IMG/VR virus record: IMGVR_UViG_3300042868_014229
Span: 1-60,658 of that record
Source of the DNA: a virus
Taxonomy: Duplodnaviria; Caudoviricetes
Direction: 5' to 3' (one strand)
DNA: 60,658 nt
The notes under the pieces were generated by a model. The model was not told where the DNA came from. It saw only the letters and a program-made list of their open reading frames with translations, and searched no databases. Each line of letters starts with the position of its first letter. The stretch's first letter is position 1. Positions 9,723 to 20,085 of the stretch are shown in pieces. A program made the translations under genes and the position numbers.

Positions 9723-10082
9723 TTATTTTTTCTTTTTAGGTTTACGATATATTTCAGTTAATCCATTTAAATGTATGACTTTATCGTATGTATACATAAT
9801 TACTTTTAATGTCTTTTTTACTCTAATTCTTATTGAACCAATAACTTTAGCTGATTTAATATCAATACAAAACAAACCAGGAATTATCTCATTTCTTTTG
9901 TATTTAGCAACCAAACTATCCATTACTTCTGACATTATTAGTGGTCTAGCAAGGGAATCACAAAAAATTACATTTGAATTTTTATGCATTAATCCTCTTT
10001 GAATTCCACCATAACCAAAATTATAATACTCAATACTTTGACCTATTGCAAATATTGGTAATAAAACTAATAATAATTTCAT
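9723..10082 (-). CDS. hypothetical secreted protein
   Basis: Signal-peptide-like N-terminus. Confidence 0.55.
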   Translation of the reverse strand: MKLLLVLLPIFAIGQSIEYYNFGYGGIQRGLMHKNSNVIFCDSLARPLIMSEVMDSLVAKYKRNEIIPGLFCIDIKSAKVIGSIRIRVKKTLKVIMYTYDKVIHLNGLTEIYRKPKKKK

Positions 10083-10088
10083 ATTTAG

Positions 10089-10358
10089 CTAATTTAAACA
10101 AATTTCAAATTGATTTTCTTCAGTGCCAAATACATTGAATATGAATTCTTCTCTTACTCTCATTTCATAAAGAAAAACTTCTAAAGAAGATTCGATATTA
10201 TCTAACATATCGTTGATATCTTCTATCTCATCTTCATCCTCAAAATCATCTAGGTTAGCTAACTTTGAACATAATTTAACTTTCTGTTTAGTCAAAATAT
10301 CAATCTTAGTATATAAATTGCTATATGATAATAGAGTATAATTATTATTATTTTTCAT
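10089..10358 (-). CDS. acidic hypothetical protein
   Basis: 89 aa; -7 box 10379-10386. Confidence 0.6.
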   Translation of the reverse strand: MKNNNNYTLLSYSNLYTKIDILTKQKVKLCSKLANLDDFEDEDEIEDINDMLDNIESSLEVFLYEMRVREEFIFNVFGTEENQFEICLN

Positions 10359-10426
10359 ATAATTAATATTATTATTGGCAAATATACTAATTTATTTTGA
10401 TATAATCACTGTTTTTATAAAATAAT

Positions 10427-11089
10427 TTATTTACCATTATAAAATTCATCTTGTTTTTTTATATAATCAGGGTCATCATGGAAAAAACCATCATTATAAA
10501 CAGGTTTTGGTTCTTCTATTTCAACTGGTTCTGGTGTTTTATTTCTTTCTAAACATGCCTGGATATTTCTATCAACCCAACCAGGGTGAGAAATTAAAGT
10601 TTGATTTGTAAAAAGAATTAGTATCCAACCAATAACTAATATAAAGGTTAAAAAAGCTTTTTTACATTTATCTTCAGTATCAAATGTTATATTTATTGTG
10701 TTAAATATAAAACCACTAAAAAGTAGAAAAATAACGTGAAATACTAGTGATACAGCGTTTAAACATACCAATATATTAATAATACTTTCACTTAATATTA
10801 TATGTAAAAAATTAGTTACTAGCCAACCGTGATAAGCATCATATAAAAAATATCCACCTAAAACAATACCAACTATATTTAAAATATTAGTTCGGCCATT
10901 AAAATTTAAAATAGCTAATATTAAGGTAAGTGGTGATACAATTTGAATAAATAAGATTGCTGAAAAAATATTCATAAATCCACCTACCAACTCATAACCA
11001 GCTCTACTATCGTAGTCCCATTCTTCAATTCTAAGATTTGAACCATTAGCGTGTTTCCCTAAGAATACCTTTTCGGGTCTAAAATTCAT
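10427..11089 (-). CDS. multi-pass membrane protein
   Basis: About 4 hydrophobic helices. Confidence 0.65.
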   Translation of the reverse strand: MNFRPEKVFLGKHANGSNLRIEEWDYDSRAGYELVGGFMNIFSAILFIQIVSPLTLILAILNFNGRTNILNIVGIVLGGYFLYDAYHGWLVTNFLHIILSESIINILVCLNAVSLVFHVIFLLFSGFIFNTINITFDTEDKCKKAFLTFILVIGWILILFTNQTLISHPGWVDRNIQACLERNKTPEPVEIEEPKPVYNDGFFHDDPDYIKKQDEFYNGK

Positions 11090-11091
11090 AA

Positions 11092-11712
11092 CTATTTCTT
11101 TTTTAAGATTGGATTCAACACATTTTGAATTGTTCTAACAGCTGATTTGAATGTACGATATTCTTCATCAGTTAATTTTCTGGTATCAGTAAGCATATCA
11201 TTGATACATTTATTATTCATAGTCAAATAAATGTTTTTAAGGTCATTGTTAGCTAACGCTGCCAATTGAGGATTGGTTCCAACACCACCTTGATTTTTGA
11301 TATCTTGAACTATTTTTTCTTTACCATACCATTTAGGTAATTTTTTTGTTGTGGATGTTGTTTTTTTAACTGAAGGTACAGGTGTTGCAACTGGTGCTAC
11401 TTCAATAACAACAGGAATTTCCTGGGTTACCACCTCTGATGGAACCAGGTTTTCAATGTCTGAATTTAATACTCTAAGGTATTTTTCAACATAACCTTTC
11501 TTGGTTGAAATGACTTTATCAAAGAAATCAAAGACGATTTCTTTAATCTCTTCAGTTAAAATATTATCTTTAGACATTCTATATAACATATTGAATGGTA
11601 ATCTAACATCTTCAGTGAACATGCTCTTTAAATCAGCATCTTTTTCAATAACATTTAATGCTACTAATTCGTTGTATTCTAAGTCCGCAATTTTTTCTAC
11701 TGTAACTTTCAT
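11092..11712 (-). CDS. hypothetical protein
   Basis: 206 aa; -7 box 11738-11745. Confidence 0.65.
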   Translation of the reverse strand: MKVTVEKIADLEYNELVALNVIEKDADLKSMFTEDVRLPFNMLYRMSKDNILTEEIKEIVFDFFDKVISTKKGYVEKYLRVLNSDIENLVPSEVVTQEIPVVIEVAPVATPVPSVKKTTSTTKKLPKWYGKEKIVQDIKNQGGVGTNPQLAALANNDLKNIYLTMNNKCINDMLTDTRKLTDEEYRTFKSAVRTIQNVLNPILKKK

Positions 11713-11796
11713 GATTAATTTATTTAAAATTATAGGGCAAAGATAAAACCTTTTTTTAAATAACCAACTATTTTATGAATTATTTTTAATAAAAAT

Positions 11797-11825
11797 AAAA
11801 AACCCTCGAATTACCGAGGGTTTTT
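11797..11825 (-). terminator. intrinsic terminator
   Basis: AAAAACCCTCG-aattac-CGAGGGTTTTT. Confidence 0.75.
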
Positions 11826-11826
11826 G

Positions 11827-12207
11827 TTATTGTTTATTTTTAATTGCGGTTCTAACTCTATCTAATTGGTCATCGTCAAATTGATAAAGACCACCTTCAT
11901 CATTTTTATCTTGGTGAAGCATCTTACCAAATAAAGAACGATTGGCACCAACTTTATCATCTTCCCAACCCAAAGCTTTTTTCATTACAGCTACTTGAGA
12001 AAATGCTAAGTCTTTTTCAAAGTAGTTTTGAACGTCATTGTAATCCATTTTGGTATTACGATTTTCATCATCTTTTTTTTCACTATCAGATTTATTAGAC
12101 TGTTTTTCTTTTTTTGGTTGAGATTTTTCTTCAGAATTTTTCCCAGCTTCACGAATTCTATCAAATAAGCTTTCTCTCAATTTAATTTTTATAATATTTT
12201 TTTCCAT
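11827..12207 (-). CDS. hypothetical protein with N-terminal IKxxLRE motif
   Basis: IIKIKLRESL; TATTTAT motif upstream. Confidence 0.65.
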   Translation of the reverse strand: MEKNIIKIKLRESLFDRIREAGKNSEEKSQPKKEKQSNKSDSEKKDDENRNTKMDYNDVQNYFEKDLAFSQVAVMKKALGWEDDKVGANRSLFGKMLHQDKNDEGGLYQFDDDQLDRVRTAIKNKQ

Positions 12208-12258
12208 ATCAATTTTGGTTTATTATAAATATCTAACTTTTGTAAAAAATAGATAATA

Positions 12259-13143
12259 TTATCCATTAATATCAATAGTTTGAGCACATTTATTTGATGA
12301 GTTTCTCAATTTCTTTAATATTCTTTCTTTTGATAAACGAATAGCTTCATTACAAACATCATATTTGTTAGCAATTTCACTAATTGTTAATACTTCACAA
12401 TTATTTAAACCAAATAATGAAGATATAATATCTTTCTCTTTTGGTTTAAGAGTATTTAACAATCTATCCAATTGTTCGTTAACATCAGATTCATTTACCA
12501 AATAATCCGTAGGTCTAAAGAATGAATCATCACTAATAAGGTCACCCAACGTAGCACTACCATCATTATCTGATGATATATCTCTATCCAAAGAATCAAC
12601 ACTAAACACATTCAATAATGAAAGTACCTTGATTTCTTCATCAGAAACTTCATTACCGTATTCAGATATGACATCTTCAATATCAACACCTCTACCTAAT
12701 TTTTGTTCCAAAGCTGCCATCTTTTGGTTCATTTTAGACATGTTGGTAATTTTGTTTATTGGAATACGAACTGTTCTACCATTGTTTGATTGGTATTCAT
12801 TGATGTACTTTCTAATCCACCATACAGCATATGAAATGAATTTGAAGCCCATGTCTGGTTTGAATCTTTTGGCAGCATAAATCAACCCTAAATTACCTTC
12901 ATTGATAAGGTCACCCAACAAGCAATCTTTGTTTTCATATTGTTTGGCAACACTCACAACAAAACGCAAGTTTCTATTGATAAGTTCATTCATTGCAGTT
13001 TCATCACCTGCAGATGATTTAAAAGCACATTCTGCTTCTTCTTCTGGTGTGAATTTTTTATAAGCGTAGATATCTCTAAAATATTGTTTTAGGTAATCGT
13101 TATCTCTATTCGTAACTTTGGCTGTAATAGTTAATGGTTTCAT
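12259..13143 (-). CDS. RNA polymerase sigma-70 factor (RpoD/SigA-like, no region 1.1)
   Basis: NLRFVVSVAKQY, DLINEGNLGL, FKFISYAVWWIR, VRIP. Confidence 0.92.
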   Translation of the reverse strand: MKPLTITAKVTNRDNDYLKQYFRDIYAYKKFTPEEEAECAFKSSAGDETAMNELINRNLRFVVSVAKQYENKDCLLGDLINEGNLGLIYAAKRFKPDMGFKFISYAVWWIRKYINEYQSNNGRTVRIPINKITNMSKMNQKMAALEQKLGRGVDIEDVISEYGNEVSDEEIKVLSLLNVFSVDSLDRDISSDNDGSATLGDLISDDSFFRPTDYLVNESDVNEQLDRLLNTLKPKEKDIISSLFGLNNCEVLTISEIANKYDVCNEAIRLSKERILKKLRNSSNKCAQTIDING

Positions 13144-13181
13144 TTTCTATGATTTTATGATTAATGATTTGGGGTGTAGTA

Positions 13182-13634
13182 TTAAAGAGTTCTTTCCATA
13201 TCACGTTTGATATCTTTCTCTTTAATAGATTGTCGTTTGTCGTAGAGGTGTTTACCTTTGGCTAAGCCAATTTCAAGCTTGATTAAACCTGTGTCAGTAA
13301 TTATAACCTCTAAAGGTACAATAGTCAAGCCTTTTTCACCTAAACTTTTGTCCAATTTGGCAATTTCTTTCTTTTTCATCAATAACTTCTTATCCCTAAG
13401 AGGTTTATGATTATAGTGTTTACCACCTTCTGTGTATTCAGCTATGTGCATACCTTTGATGAATATCTCACCATCAAGTATATAACAATAAGCTTCACTC
13501 ACGGAAACCTTACCTGCTCGAATAGACTTAACTTCCGAACCTTGTAACTGAATTCCAGCAGTGTTCTTTTCAAGTATGTTATACTCAAAATAGGCTTTTT
13601 TGTTCTTTGTAATTGATTTCATTTTTTTTAACAT
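13182..13634 (-). CDS. smpB: SsrA-binding protein SmpB
   Basis: NKKAYFEY, AGIQLQGSEVKSIRAGK, LAKGKHLYDKR. Confidence 0.95.
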   Translation of the reverse strand: MLKKMKSITKNKKAYFEYNILEKNTAGIQLQGSEVKSIRAGKVSVSEAYCYILDGEIFIKGMHIAEYTEGGKHYNHKPLRDKKLLMKKKEIAKLDKSLGEKGLTIVPLEVIITDTGLIKLEIGLAKGKHLYDKRQSIKEKDIKRDMERTL

Positions 13635-13855
13635 CTCAATACAGCACCATCACTATCTCTACTAGGAAATGTTGGGTTGTGTATTTGGTTTAATTCTTCT
13701 TGGTGCTCTGGACCACCCATGCTTGGGTCAATCTCATGTTTAAACACAAGAGCTAAGTGCTTCTTGATTTGTGCTGTTTCTTTTCTACTGATTTCTGTTG
13801 GTTCAGTAATTTCAAAAAATCCCTGCAACCAGTATGCGAAGTCTCTGCTCGTCAT
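13628..13855 (-). CDS. hypothetical phage protein
   Basis: FAYWLQGFFEI motif; -7 box 13886-13893. Confidence 0.7.
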   Translation of the reverse strand: MTSRDFAYWLQGFFEITEPTEISRKETAQIKKHLALVFKHEIDPSMGGPEHQEELNQIHNPTFPSRDSDGAVLRC

Positions 13856-13911
13856 AACAATTTTGTTTTATATTAATACTAAATGCAAATATACGAATAA
13901 AATTTGGATAT

Positions 13912-14154
13912 TTACTTTTTTTCTTTCTTTTTTTTAGGCCACATTCCTTCACATGGTTCTTCACACCATTTATGGGTTCTAGCAACGATTACGTTGGTTT
14001 GTTTAATATCACAACCATCTAGCATCATACTAGCAAATTCTTTGGCTGTTCTTTTATCTATCTTGTGTGATACGGCTACCAATACAGCTCCATTACACTT
14101 AGAGCAGCATGCTATTTGTACTTTAACTTTGCTTAAATCTTCCTCTTGGGTCAT
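13912..14154 (-). CDS. Cys-rich hypothetical protein
   Basis: CxxC and CxxxC. Confidence 0.55.
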   Translation of the reverse strand: MTQEEDLSKVKVQIACCSKCNGAVLVAVSHKIDKRTAKEFASMMLDGCDIKQTNVIVARTHKWCEEPCEGMWPKKKKEKK

Positions 14155-14383
14155 CTTGTTTTAGTTTTAAAAGGATTAATACTCTTTCAATAATACTAGG
14201 TTTCCCAAAGTCTTCTGGGAACATTTTAATGTAATCATCTGAAAACATTTTGGGTTCTGGTATCATGTCATAGGTTAATGACCATTTGAATGGATACAAG
14301 TTTATTGGAACAGTAGTATCACGCCATATATAACCACGACCACCACCATATTCTTTGCTAACTTTACTAGTTATAATGTTCAT
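14123..14383 (-). CDS. hypothetical protein
   Basis: 86-aa ORF. Confidence 0.55.
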   Translation of the reverse strand: MNIITSKVSKEYGGGRGYIWRDTTVPINLYPFKWSLTYDMIPEPKMFSDDYIKMFPEDFGKPSIIERVLILLKLKQDDPRGRFKQS

Positions 14384-14598
14384 TATTTCTCAGAATTTTT
14401 ATTTTTATTCAACCATTTATCCATGATAACTCTAACTTTACTACCTAAAATCGCATCATCAGAAGTTTCATCGATTGCAATACCAATTTCCATGATTAAT
14501 ACCTCAAAATCAACCAACGTATTCAACATACTTAGTTCACCATCAAATTCTTCTTTAAATAATTGAATCATTTCTGGTAGTTCTTTTCTATCTTTCAT
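14383..14598 (-). CDS. hypothetical protein
   Basis: 71-aa ORF; DDAILGSKVR. Confidence 0.55.
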   Translation of the reverse strand: MKDRKELPEMIQLFKEEFDGELSMLNTLVDFEVLIMEIGIAIDETSDDAILGSKVRVIMDKWLNKNKNSEK

Positions 14599-14600
14599 AT

Positions 14601-15251
14601 TTACAAATTTATTTCTAATTCAAATGGCACATTGGCCATGTTATAACTCAGATTCAACACTGAAGCATTTATCAACAGCGGCCCATCAGCAAACTGAAAA
14701 GACCCATAAGCTTCATGGATATGTCCGCATTGATGCAATTTCAAATCCGTAAAGTCTTTTAACTTATCCAACAAATAAGGACAACCAGTCAAATCACCAC
14801 CCCTTGTTTTATCCAAGTAACCATAGATTGGTCCGTGAGTTAACAAAATATGTGTATCCAATGGAATCATATCCCAATGCTTAAGGATTTCTTCACCCTT
14901 TCGGTTGAATGCCCAGTTGTGAAACCATGGCTGAACTGGGCTTCCCCATATCTTAATACCATCAATTTCAACACCACTATCATTTAAGTATGTGATGTTA
15001 GGATACTTAGCCAACACTGCTTCAATTTCATATTCTGGTGCTTCCTCAAAGAAGAAGTCATGGTTACCTGCAATAAGAATCTTATGTGTGTAAGGCAAAT
15101 CGTTATACCATTCTAGAAATGCTTCCACTTCTGTTCTGGAACCTCGGCCACTAATGTCGCCAGAGTGTAATATGCAATCCCCACCAAGTAAATACTTAGA
15201 AGGGATTTGTAAATGCTTATTATGTGTATCGCTGATACATGTTATTTTCAT
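14601..15251 (-). CDS. calcineurin-like metallophosphoesterase
   Basis: SDTH, HSGD, AGNHD, THGP, GHIHE. Confidence 0.9.
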   Translation of the reverse strand: MKITCISDTHNKHLQIPSKYLLGGDCILHSGDISGRGSRTEVEAFLEWYNDLPYTHKILIAGNHDFFFEEAPEYEIEAVLAKYPNITYLNDSGVEIDGIKIWGSPVQPWFHNWAFNRKGEEILKHWDMIPLDTHILLTHGPIYGYLDKTRGGDLTGCPYLLDKLKDFTDLKLHQCGHIHEAYGSFQFADGPLLINASVLNLSYNMANVPFELEINL

Positions 15252-16628
15252 TTATGAAAAGTTATCGTTTGATGTGTTATCATCATTATTGTTATTGTCG
15301 TCTGGTGTTGTAAAATCACCACCTGCTCCACCGCCAGAGAAACCTCCACCACCGAAACCACCATCAAAACCTTGTTCAGTTACGCTGTCAGTTATTTGGT
15401 CATTGGTATTTAACATATCACCCAAATCGGCTCCTAAAAGGTCACCACCTACTGCGGTTCCCATCATCGTTGAGTTAGTCATGTAACCTATTAACAATGA
15501 TTCAATGAATGAACTATCAGAATTAGGGTATTGTTGTTCTAATTCTCGTTTTTTACGTTGGATATCATCAACAAAACTCTTTGGAATTACTTTATGTTTC
15601 CTTTGAATTTCAGGATATAAATCTTTGTAAGACAAATCAATCTCAGGGTAGTTTTCAGTACTACCAGTAAACTCTCTATGTTCCATGTATTTTTTCACAT
15701 AGTCATCATTCTCGGTTACAAATAAACCGTTTTCATCTCTTTCAGTAATTTGTTTCGCAGTCGATGTAAAATCTTGAATACGTTTCAAGTACTGGCGTTT
15801 AGCAACATCACCATGCCAAATGTGATATAAATCACCTTTAACAAACCCTAGTTTTCCTTGAACAACTTTATAAAATGTTTCTGACCATTTATTAACTGCC
15901 TCAATATCGTCAGTAAATGACTTAGTGATACATGAGTGACCAATTTGACCTGCGGCAGCGTGTGCCATGATGTGGTCGGCTCCACCAATAAGTGCTTTAT
16001 CGTACAATGGCATTGCATCTAAGATATAACGTTTAGCACCCCAAGCGAATCCTACGTGACCATGTTTATCATAGTTATCTAACCCTGATGTTCCATTAAC
16101 ATGATTGGCACCAAAGCTTCTCCAAACCTTAGGATGTCTGTTGGCAGTTCCGCATGTTAACTTAGCATTATTTAAATTAAAATCTGGGCTTAATAAGTCT
16201 TGTTCTAAGTGAACACAATATTCGAATAATTGAACTACATGATTTTTTTGCAACTGAGCAACAGCATCTTGCATCCAATTTTTGTTTTTAAAGATAACAT
16301 CAGCATCAACCCAAAATACATATTTTAGTTCTGCTGGCAACTTAGCAATAATACCATTCAACAATGACTCTTTATGCCAAAGCGTTGTGTTGGTAGATAC
16401 TCTTGTAATAAATTCAGTTTGAGGTAATTCTGGTTTAGCATCACCAATAACACATTCCACAATTCTGTGGTTTAAGTGTTTTATTGAGTTATAGAACTCA
16501 TTAAACGCTTTTAATCTATAAGGATTGTACGTTGGATTGTAATAGCACGCAATGATTACAGCTTCTGAATGTGTTTTGTATTTATCAGCATACAAAAATG
16601 TGTTTTTTAAGAAATCTAAAACTCTCAT
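15252..16628 (-). CDS. GT-A-like glycosyltransferase domain with Gly-rich C-terminal tail
   Basis: WHKESLLN, WVDAD (DxD), GFAWG, HIWHG; tail GFGGGGFSGGGAGGDF; start reassigned downstream of -7 box 16657-16664. Confidence 0.6.
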   Translation of the reverse strand: MRVLDFLKNTFLYADKYKTHSEAVIIACYYNPTYNPYRLKAFNEFYNSIKHLNHRIVECVIGDAKPELPQTEFITRVSTNTTLWHKESLLNGIIAKLPAELKYVFWVDADVIFKNKNWMQDAVAQLQKNHVVQLFEYCVHLEQDLLSPDFNLNNAKLTCGTANRHPKVWRSFGANHVNGTSGLDNYDKHGHVGFAWGAKRYILDAMPLYDKALIGGADHIMAHAAAGQIGHSCITKSFTDDIEAVNKWSETFYKVVQGKLGFVKGDLYHIWHGDVAKRQYLKRIQDFTSTAKQITERDENGLFVTENDDYVKKYMEHREFTGSTENYPEIDLSYKDLYPEIQRKHKVIPKSFVDDIQRKKRELEQQYPNSDSSFIESLLIGYMTNSTMMGTAVGGDLLGADLGDMLNTNDQITDSVTEQGFDGGFGGGGFSGGGAGGDFTTPDDNNNNDDNTSNDNFS

Positions 16629-16679
16629 AATATTATATTTTGTTATTATTATGATGCAAAGATACACTTTTTTTTAATA

Positions 16680-16970
16680 CTACAAAATTTCTTGGTTATT
16701 TTTTCTTAATAATTTAGCTAATTCTTCTAATTTCTCGGCATGCTCTACCTTCCAAATGAATTCATCGAAGTGTCCATAGCGACATTTGTAACCAAATATG
16801 TATCGAATACCGTTTTTAAGTCGGTTCCAAAAACGATAGTTGGTTAAATGTATATGACACCACACAATATTGTCATCAATATCGTATTCAAATACTATTT
16901 GGTGTTCTCTGCTGCTACAATCGCAAACAAAGATTTCTGGTGTTTCTTTATAATCCTGCATAATTTCCAT
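16680..16970 (-). CDS. hypothetical phage protein
   Basis: CDC..EH and YIFGYKCRYGHFDE. Confidence 0.65.
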   Translation of the reverse strand: MEIMQDYKETPEIFVCDCSSREHQIVFEYDIDDNIVWCHIHLTNYRFWNRLKNGIRYIFGYKCRYGHFDEFIWKVEHAEKLEELAKLLRKNNQEIL

Positions 16971-18045
16971 TATTTTTTAATACTTCTCTTTCACTTGCTG
17001 CTATTACTGCTTTGGAGTACCATTCATCATATTTTTTAAGGATATAACTTTTATGGTAATTATGCTCCATAAGATATTGACATAATTTATTTTCATCTAA
17101 CAACCCATGTCCAATCCATCTAACTTCCCAATTTCTTTTACCTAAAATAATAATTAATTGAGATAGTAAATCATCGACCTTATCAGTCAAAGCCACTTCA
17201 CCATACCATTCATTGACCTTATCAATACAATAATCGTAGTGTGTTTCTATTTCAATTGATAATTGTTTGAAGTTATCAACAATGAATTGACTATTCATTT
17301 TAGAATTAAGTGTTTTTATATAATCTTTGATTACCTTGTCCAAGTGATTTTCTCGATAGTACTTATCAAAAGTATCAACTATATAACTATGGTAATTTTC
17401 TAAATCACCAACCATCGCATTAACCAAATCTTTAGATAGAATAATAGTACCCAAAGATAAATCCATAGATTCTAAAAATTTATTTAATTTACTACCAACA
17501 ATATGTTCTTTATAATAACTAATAATACCTTTTTGTATTTCAGCTTTTACATAATCATTCTTTCTATAAATACGATTAGAAAACTTACTTACCCATTTAT
17601 TAGAATTAACTGAATCATTCATTTTCTTATAAAACTTATCCAATTTTGGTTGAATATAATGTCTCATATACAATTCATTAATTCTAGTTTCTAAAAACTT
17701 ACCACTAAAAGTTTCATCATCTTTAAAGTGTTCTATTATTTCTGCTTCTAAAACATTAATACCCGTGGTTAATTTTAAACTCATCAGATAATCAAGCAAT
17801 ACTTTATCTTTAATATCACATTGCTTTTCAAACCAATCAATTAAAATCCAACCCAAATCTTTAGATGGAATAATTTTACGAAAAGAGTTAACAAATTCTT
17901 TGGTACCAGGAAATTGTTCTCCAGTAATCAAATCGGTAACACAGTATTTATTATCAATACTGTATTTTCTCATACCTAAGCCATAATTTTTATTTACGTA
18001 TTTTAAAATTAATTCTTTTTCTGACATACTATATTTTTTAACCAA
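16948..18045 (-). CDS. hypothetical protein
   Basis: 365-aa ORF. Confidence 0.65.
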   Translation of the reverse strand: MVKKYSMSEKELILKYVNKNYGLGMRKYSIDNKYCVTDLITGEQFPGTKEFVNSFRKIIPSKDLGWILIDWFEKQCDIKDKVLLDYLMSLKLTTGINVLEAEIIEHFKDDETFSGKFLETRINELYMRHYIQPKLDKFYKKMNDSVNSNKWVSKFSNRIYRKNDYVKAEIQKGIISYYKEHIVGSKLNKFLESMDLSLGTIILSKDLVNAMVGDLENYHSYIVDTFDKYYRENHLDKVIKDYIKTLNSKMNSQFIVDNFKQLSIEIETHYDYCIDKVNEWYGEVALTDKVDDLLSQLIIILGKRNWEVRWIGHGLLDENKLCQYLMEHNYHKSYILKKYDEWYSKAVIAASEREVLKNNGNYAGL

Positions 18046-18075
18046 TATAATGCTTTATTAGTTAAAAATAAAGCA

Positions 18076-20001
18076 TTATAATCTAATTAACGATAAATTA
18101 ATGTTCTTTTTCTCAACATCAACACCAGATACAATCACATGTACTTCATCACCAAGTCTAATCTTATCACCAGTATTATATCCTTTGATACAATAGTTGT
18201 TAGTATCAGCGGACCAAGTATCACCATTGATATCTGACAGACGTATCATACCTTCGCAACCATTCTCTGGTATCTCAACAAATACACCGTAGTCTTGGAT
18301 ACTGGAAACAACACCTTTGAATACCTTGCCTAAGTGTTCAGTCATATAGATACATTGCATGTACTTGATTGAATCTCTTTCAGCTTTCTGTGCTTTCTTT
18401 TCTCTCTCAGATAAATGTAAACATCTACCTTCCAATTTCTCCAACTTAGGAATTGTTTTCTCTTCCAAATATCTATTCAATAATCGGTGAACGATTACGT
18501 CAGGATATCTTCTGATAGGACTTGTGAAATGGCTATAGTTCTCGAAACCTAACCCATAGTGACCAGGATTTTTGGTAGTATATGTTGCTTTCTGCATCGT
18601 TCTAACTACCAAGTTTTCAATCATATTGGCTTCTGGTTTACCTTTTACATCCAATAACAATTGGTTAAGTGTTCTGGTTATCTCAACTGGATTTTGAGTT
18701 CTAATTTCATACCCAAATTCTTTGATGAACTCTTTAAGTCTTTCCAACTTTTCTTCGTTAGGTTTCTCGTGAGCTCTGTTTACCATAGGTAACCCTTTGC
18801 TATTCACAAATTCCGCAACGTGTCTGTTGGCAAGCAACATAAATTCTTCAATCAATTTGTTTGAGTCTTTACCAACCTTGAATATAATACCCACTGGTTT
18901 GTTATTCTCATCCAATTTGAATTTAATCTCTTGCTTGTCCAATGAGATACTACCTTGTTTGAAACGTTCTTTACGCATCGTCTTAGCCAACTTATCTAAA
19001 TAGATAATTGCTGCTTCTAAGGCAATATTATTGTGGTTTGTTAACAACCTAGCATTGTTTTGTTTTTCAATAATCTCTTGAGCTTCTTCGTAGGTGTATC
19101 TATGATTAGAATTAATGACAGTTTTACCAAACCATTCTTCGGTTACATGTCCTCTATTATTAATTTTAAACACTGCTGAGAAACACAATTTATCCTCGTT
19201 AGGTCTTAACGAGCATAATCCGTTAGATAAGTTTTCTGGAAGCATTGGTACACAACGGTCTACAAGATAAACACTGGTTCCTCTGGCATAAGCTTCTTTA
19301 TCCAATTCGGTATCTGGTCGCAAGTAATGTGACACATCGGCTATGTGGATTCCCACTTCCAATATCCCATCAATCCATTCAACACTTAACGCATCATCAA
19401 AGTCTTTGGCATCTGCAGGGTCAATTGTAAATGTAAGTACATTACGCATATCTCTACGTTTATCAATTTCTTTCTGTGTAATCTCAGTTGAAATAGCATT
19501 CGCTTCTGCAATAACATCTTCCTCAAAATCATACGGTAAACCATATTCTTCCAATATCGAATGTATTTCAGTTTCATGTTCACCAGCGTTACCAAGTATT
19601 CTAATAACTTCACCGTTAGGGTTTTTGGCACCTTCTCTCCATTCAACCAACCTTACAATAACCTTCTGGCCATCAGTTGCTTTCATCATCTTATTCTTTG
19701 GTACAAAGAAATCTACTGATAGTTTATTGCTATCAGGTATGAAGAACACATGTTTATCACTAATCTGTAGCATTCCTACAAATTCAGTTCTAAATCGTTC
19801 TACGATTTCAATTACCTTACCTTCTAGTGAACGACCATCTCCTGGTATCACTTCAATTTTTACACTATCCAAGTGCAACGCATGATTTGTGTTGCTTTTA
19901 TGAATATAAATGTCTTTTGGTAAGTCTGTGCTTACCAAGTATGCGGAACCTGATGCATTCATGCTCAGTTTTCCGTCTAATATATCTCCTATTTTAATCA
20001 T
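18076..20001 (-). CDS. rnr: ribonuclease R
   Basis: TIDPADAKDFDDA, HFTSPIRRYPD, C-terminal S1 domain. Confidence 0.95.
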   Translation of the reverse strand: MIKIGDILDGKLSMNASGSAYLVSTDLPKDIYIHKSNTNHALHLDSVKIEVIPGDGRSLEGKVIEIVERFRTEFVGMLQISDKHVFFIPDSNKLSVDFFVPKNKMMKATDGQKVIVRLVEWREGAKNPNGEVIRILGNAGEHETEIHSILEEYGLPYDFEEDVIAEANAISTEITQKEIDKRRDMRNVLTFTIDPADAKDFDDALSVEWIDGILEVGIHIADVSHYLRPDTELDKEAYARGTSVYLVDRCVPMLPENLSNGLCSLRPNEDKLCFSAVFKINNRGHVTEEWFGKTVINSNHRYTYEEAQEIIEKQNNARLLTNHNNIALEAAIIYLDKLAKTMRKERFKQGSISLDKQEIKFKLDENNKPVGIIFKVGKDSNKLIEEFMLLANRHVAEFVNSKGLPMVNRAHEKPNEEKLERLKEFIKEFGYEIRTQNPVEITRTLNQLLLDVKGKPEANMIENLVVRTMQKATYTTKNPGHYGLGFENYSHFTSPIRRYPDVIVHRLLNRYLEEKTIPKLEKLEGRCLHLSEREKKAQKAERDSIKYMQCIYMTEHLGKVFKGVVSSIQDYGVFVEIPENGCEGMIRLSDINGDTWSADTNNYCIKGYNTGDKIRLGDEVHVIVSGVDVEKKNINLSLIRL

Positions 20002-20018
20002 CTTCTATAAATATGTTG

Positions 20019-20026
20019 CAAAGATA
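20019..20026 (-). promoter_or_regulatory. -7 promoter box TATCTTTG for rnr
   Basis: TAnnTTTG about 18 nt upstream of ATG. Confidence 0.6.
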
Positions 20027-20050
20027 CGCAAAGTTTTCTTATTCTAATAA

Positions 20051-20081
20051 AAAAAAACTCACTTATTTACAAGTGAGTTTT
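20051..20081 (-). terminator. intrinsic terminator
   Basis: AAAACTCACTT-loop-AAGTGAGTTTT. Confidence 0.7.
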
Positions 20082-20085
20082 CTTT

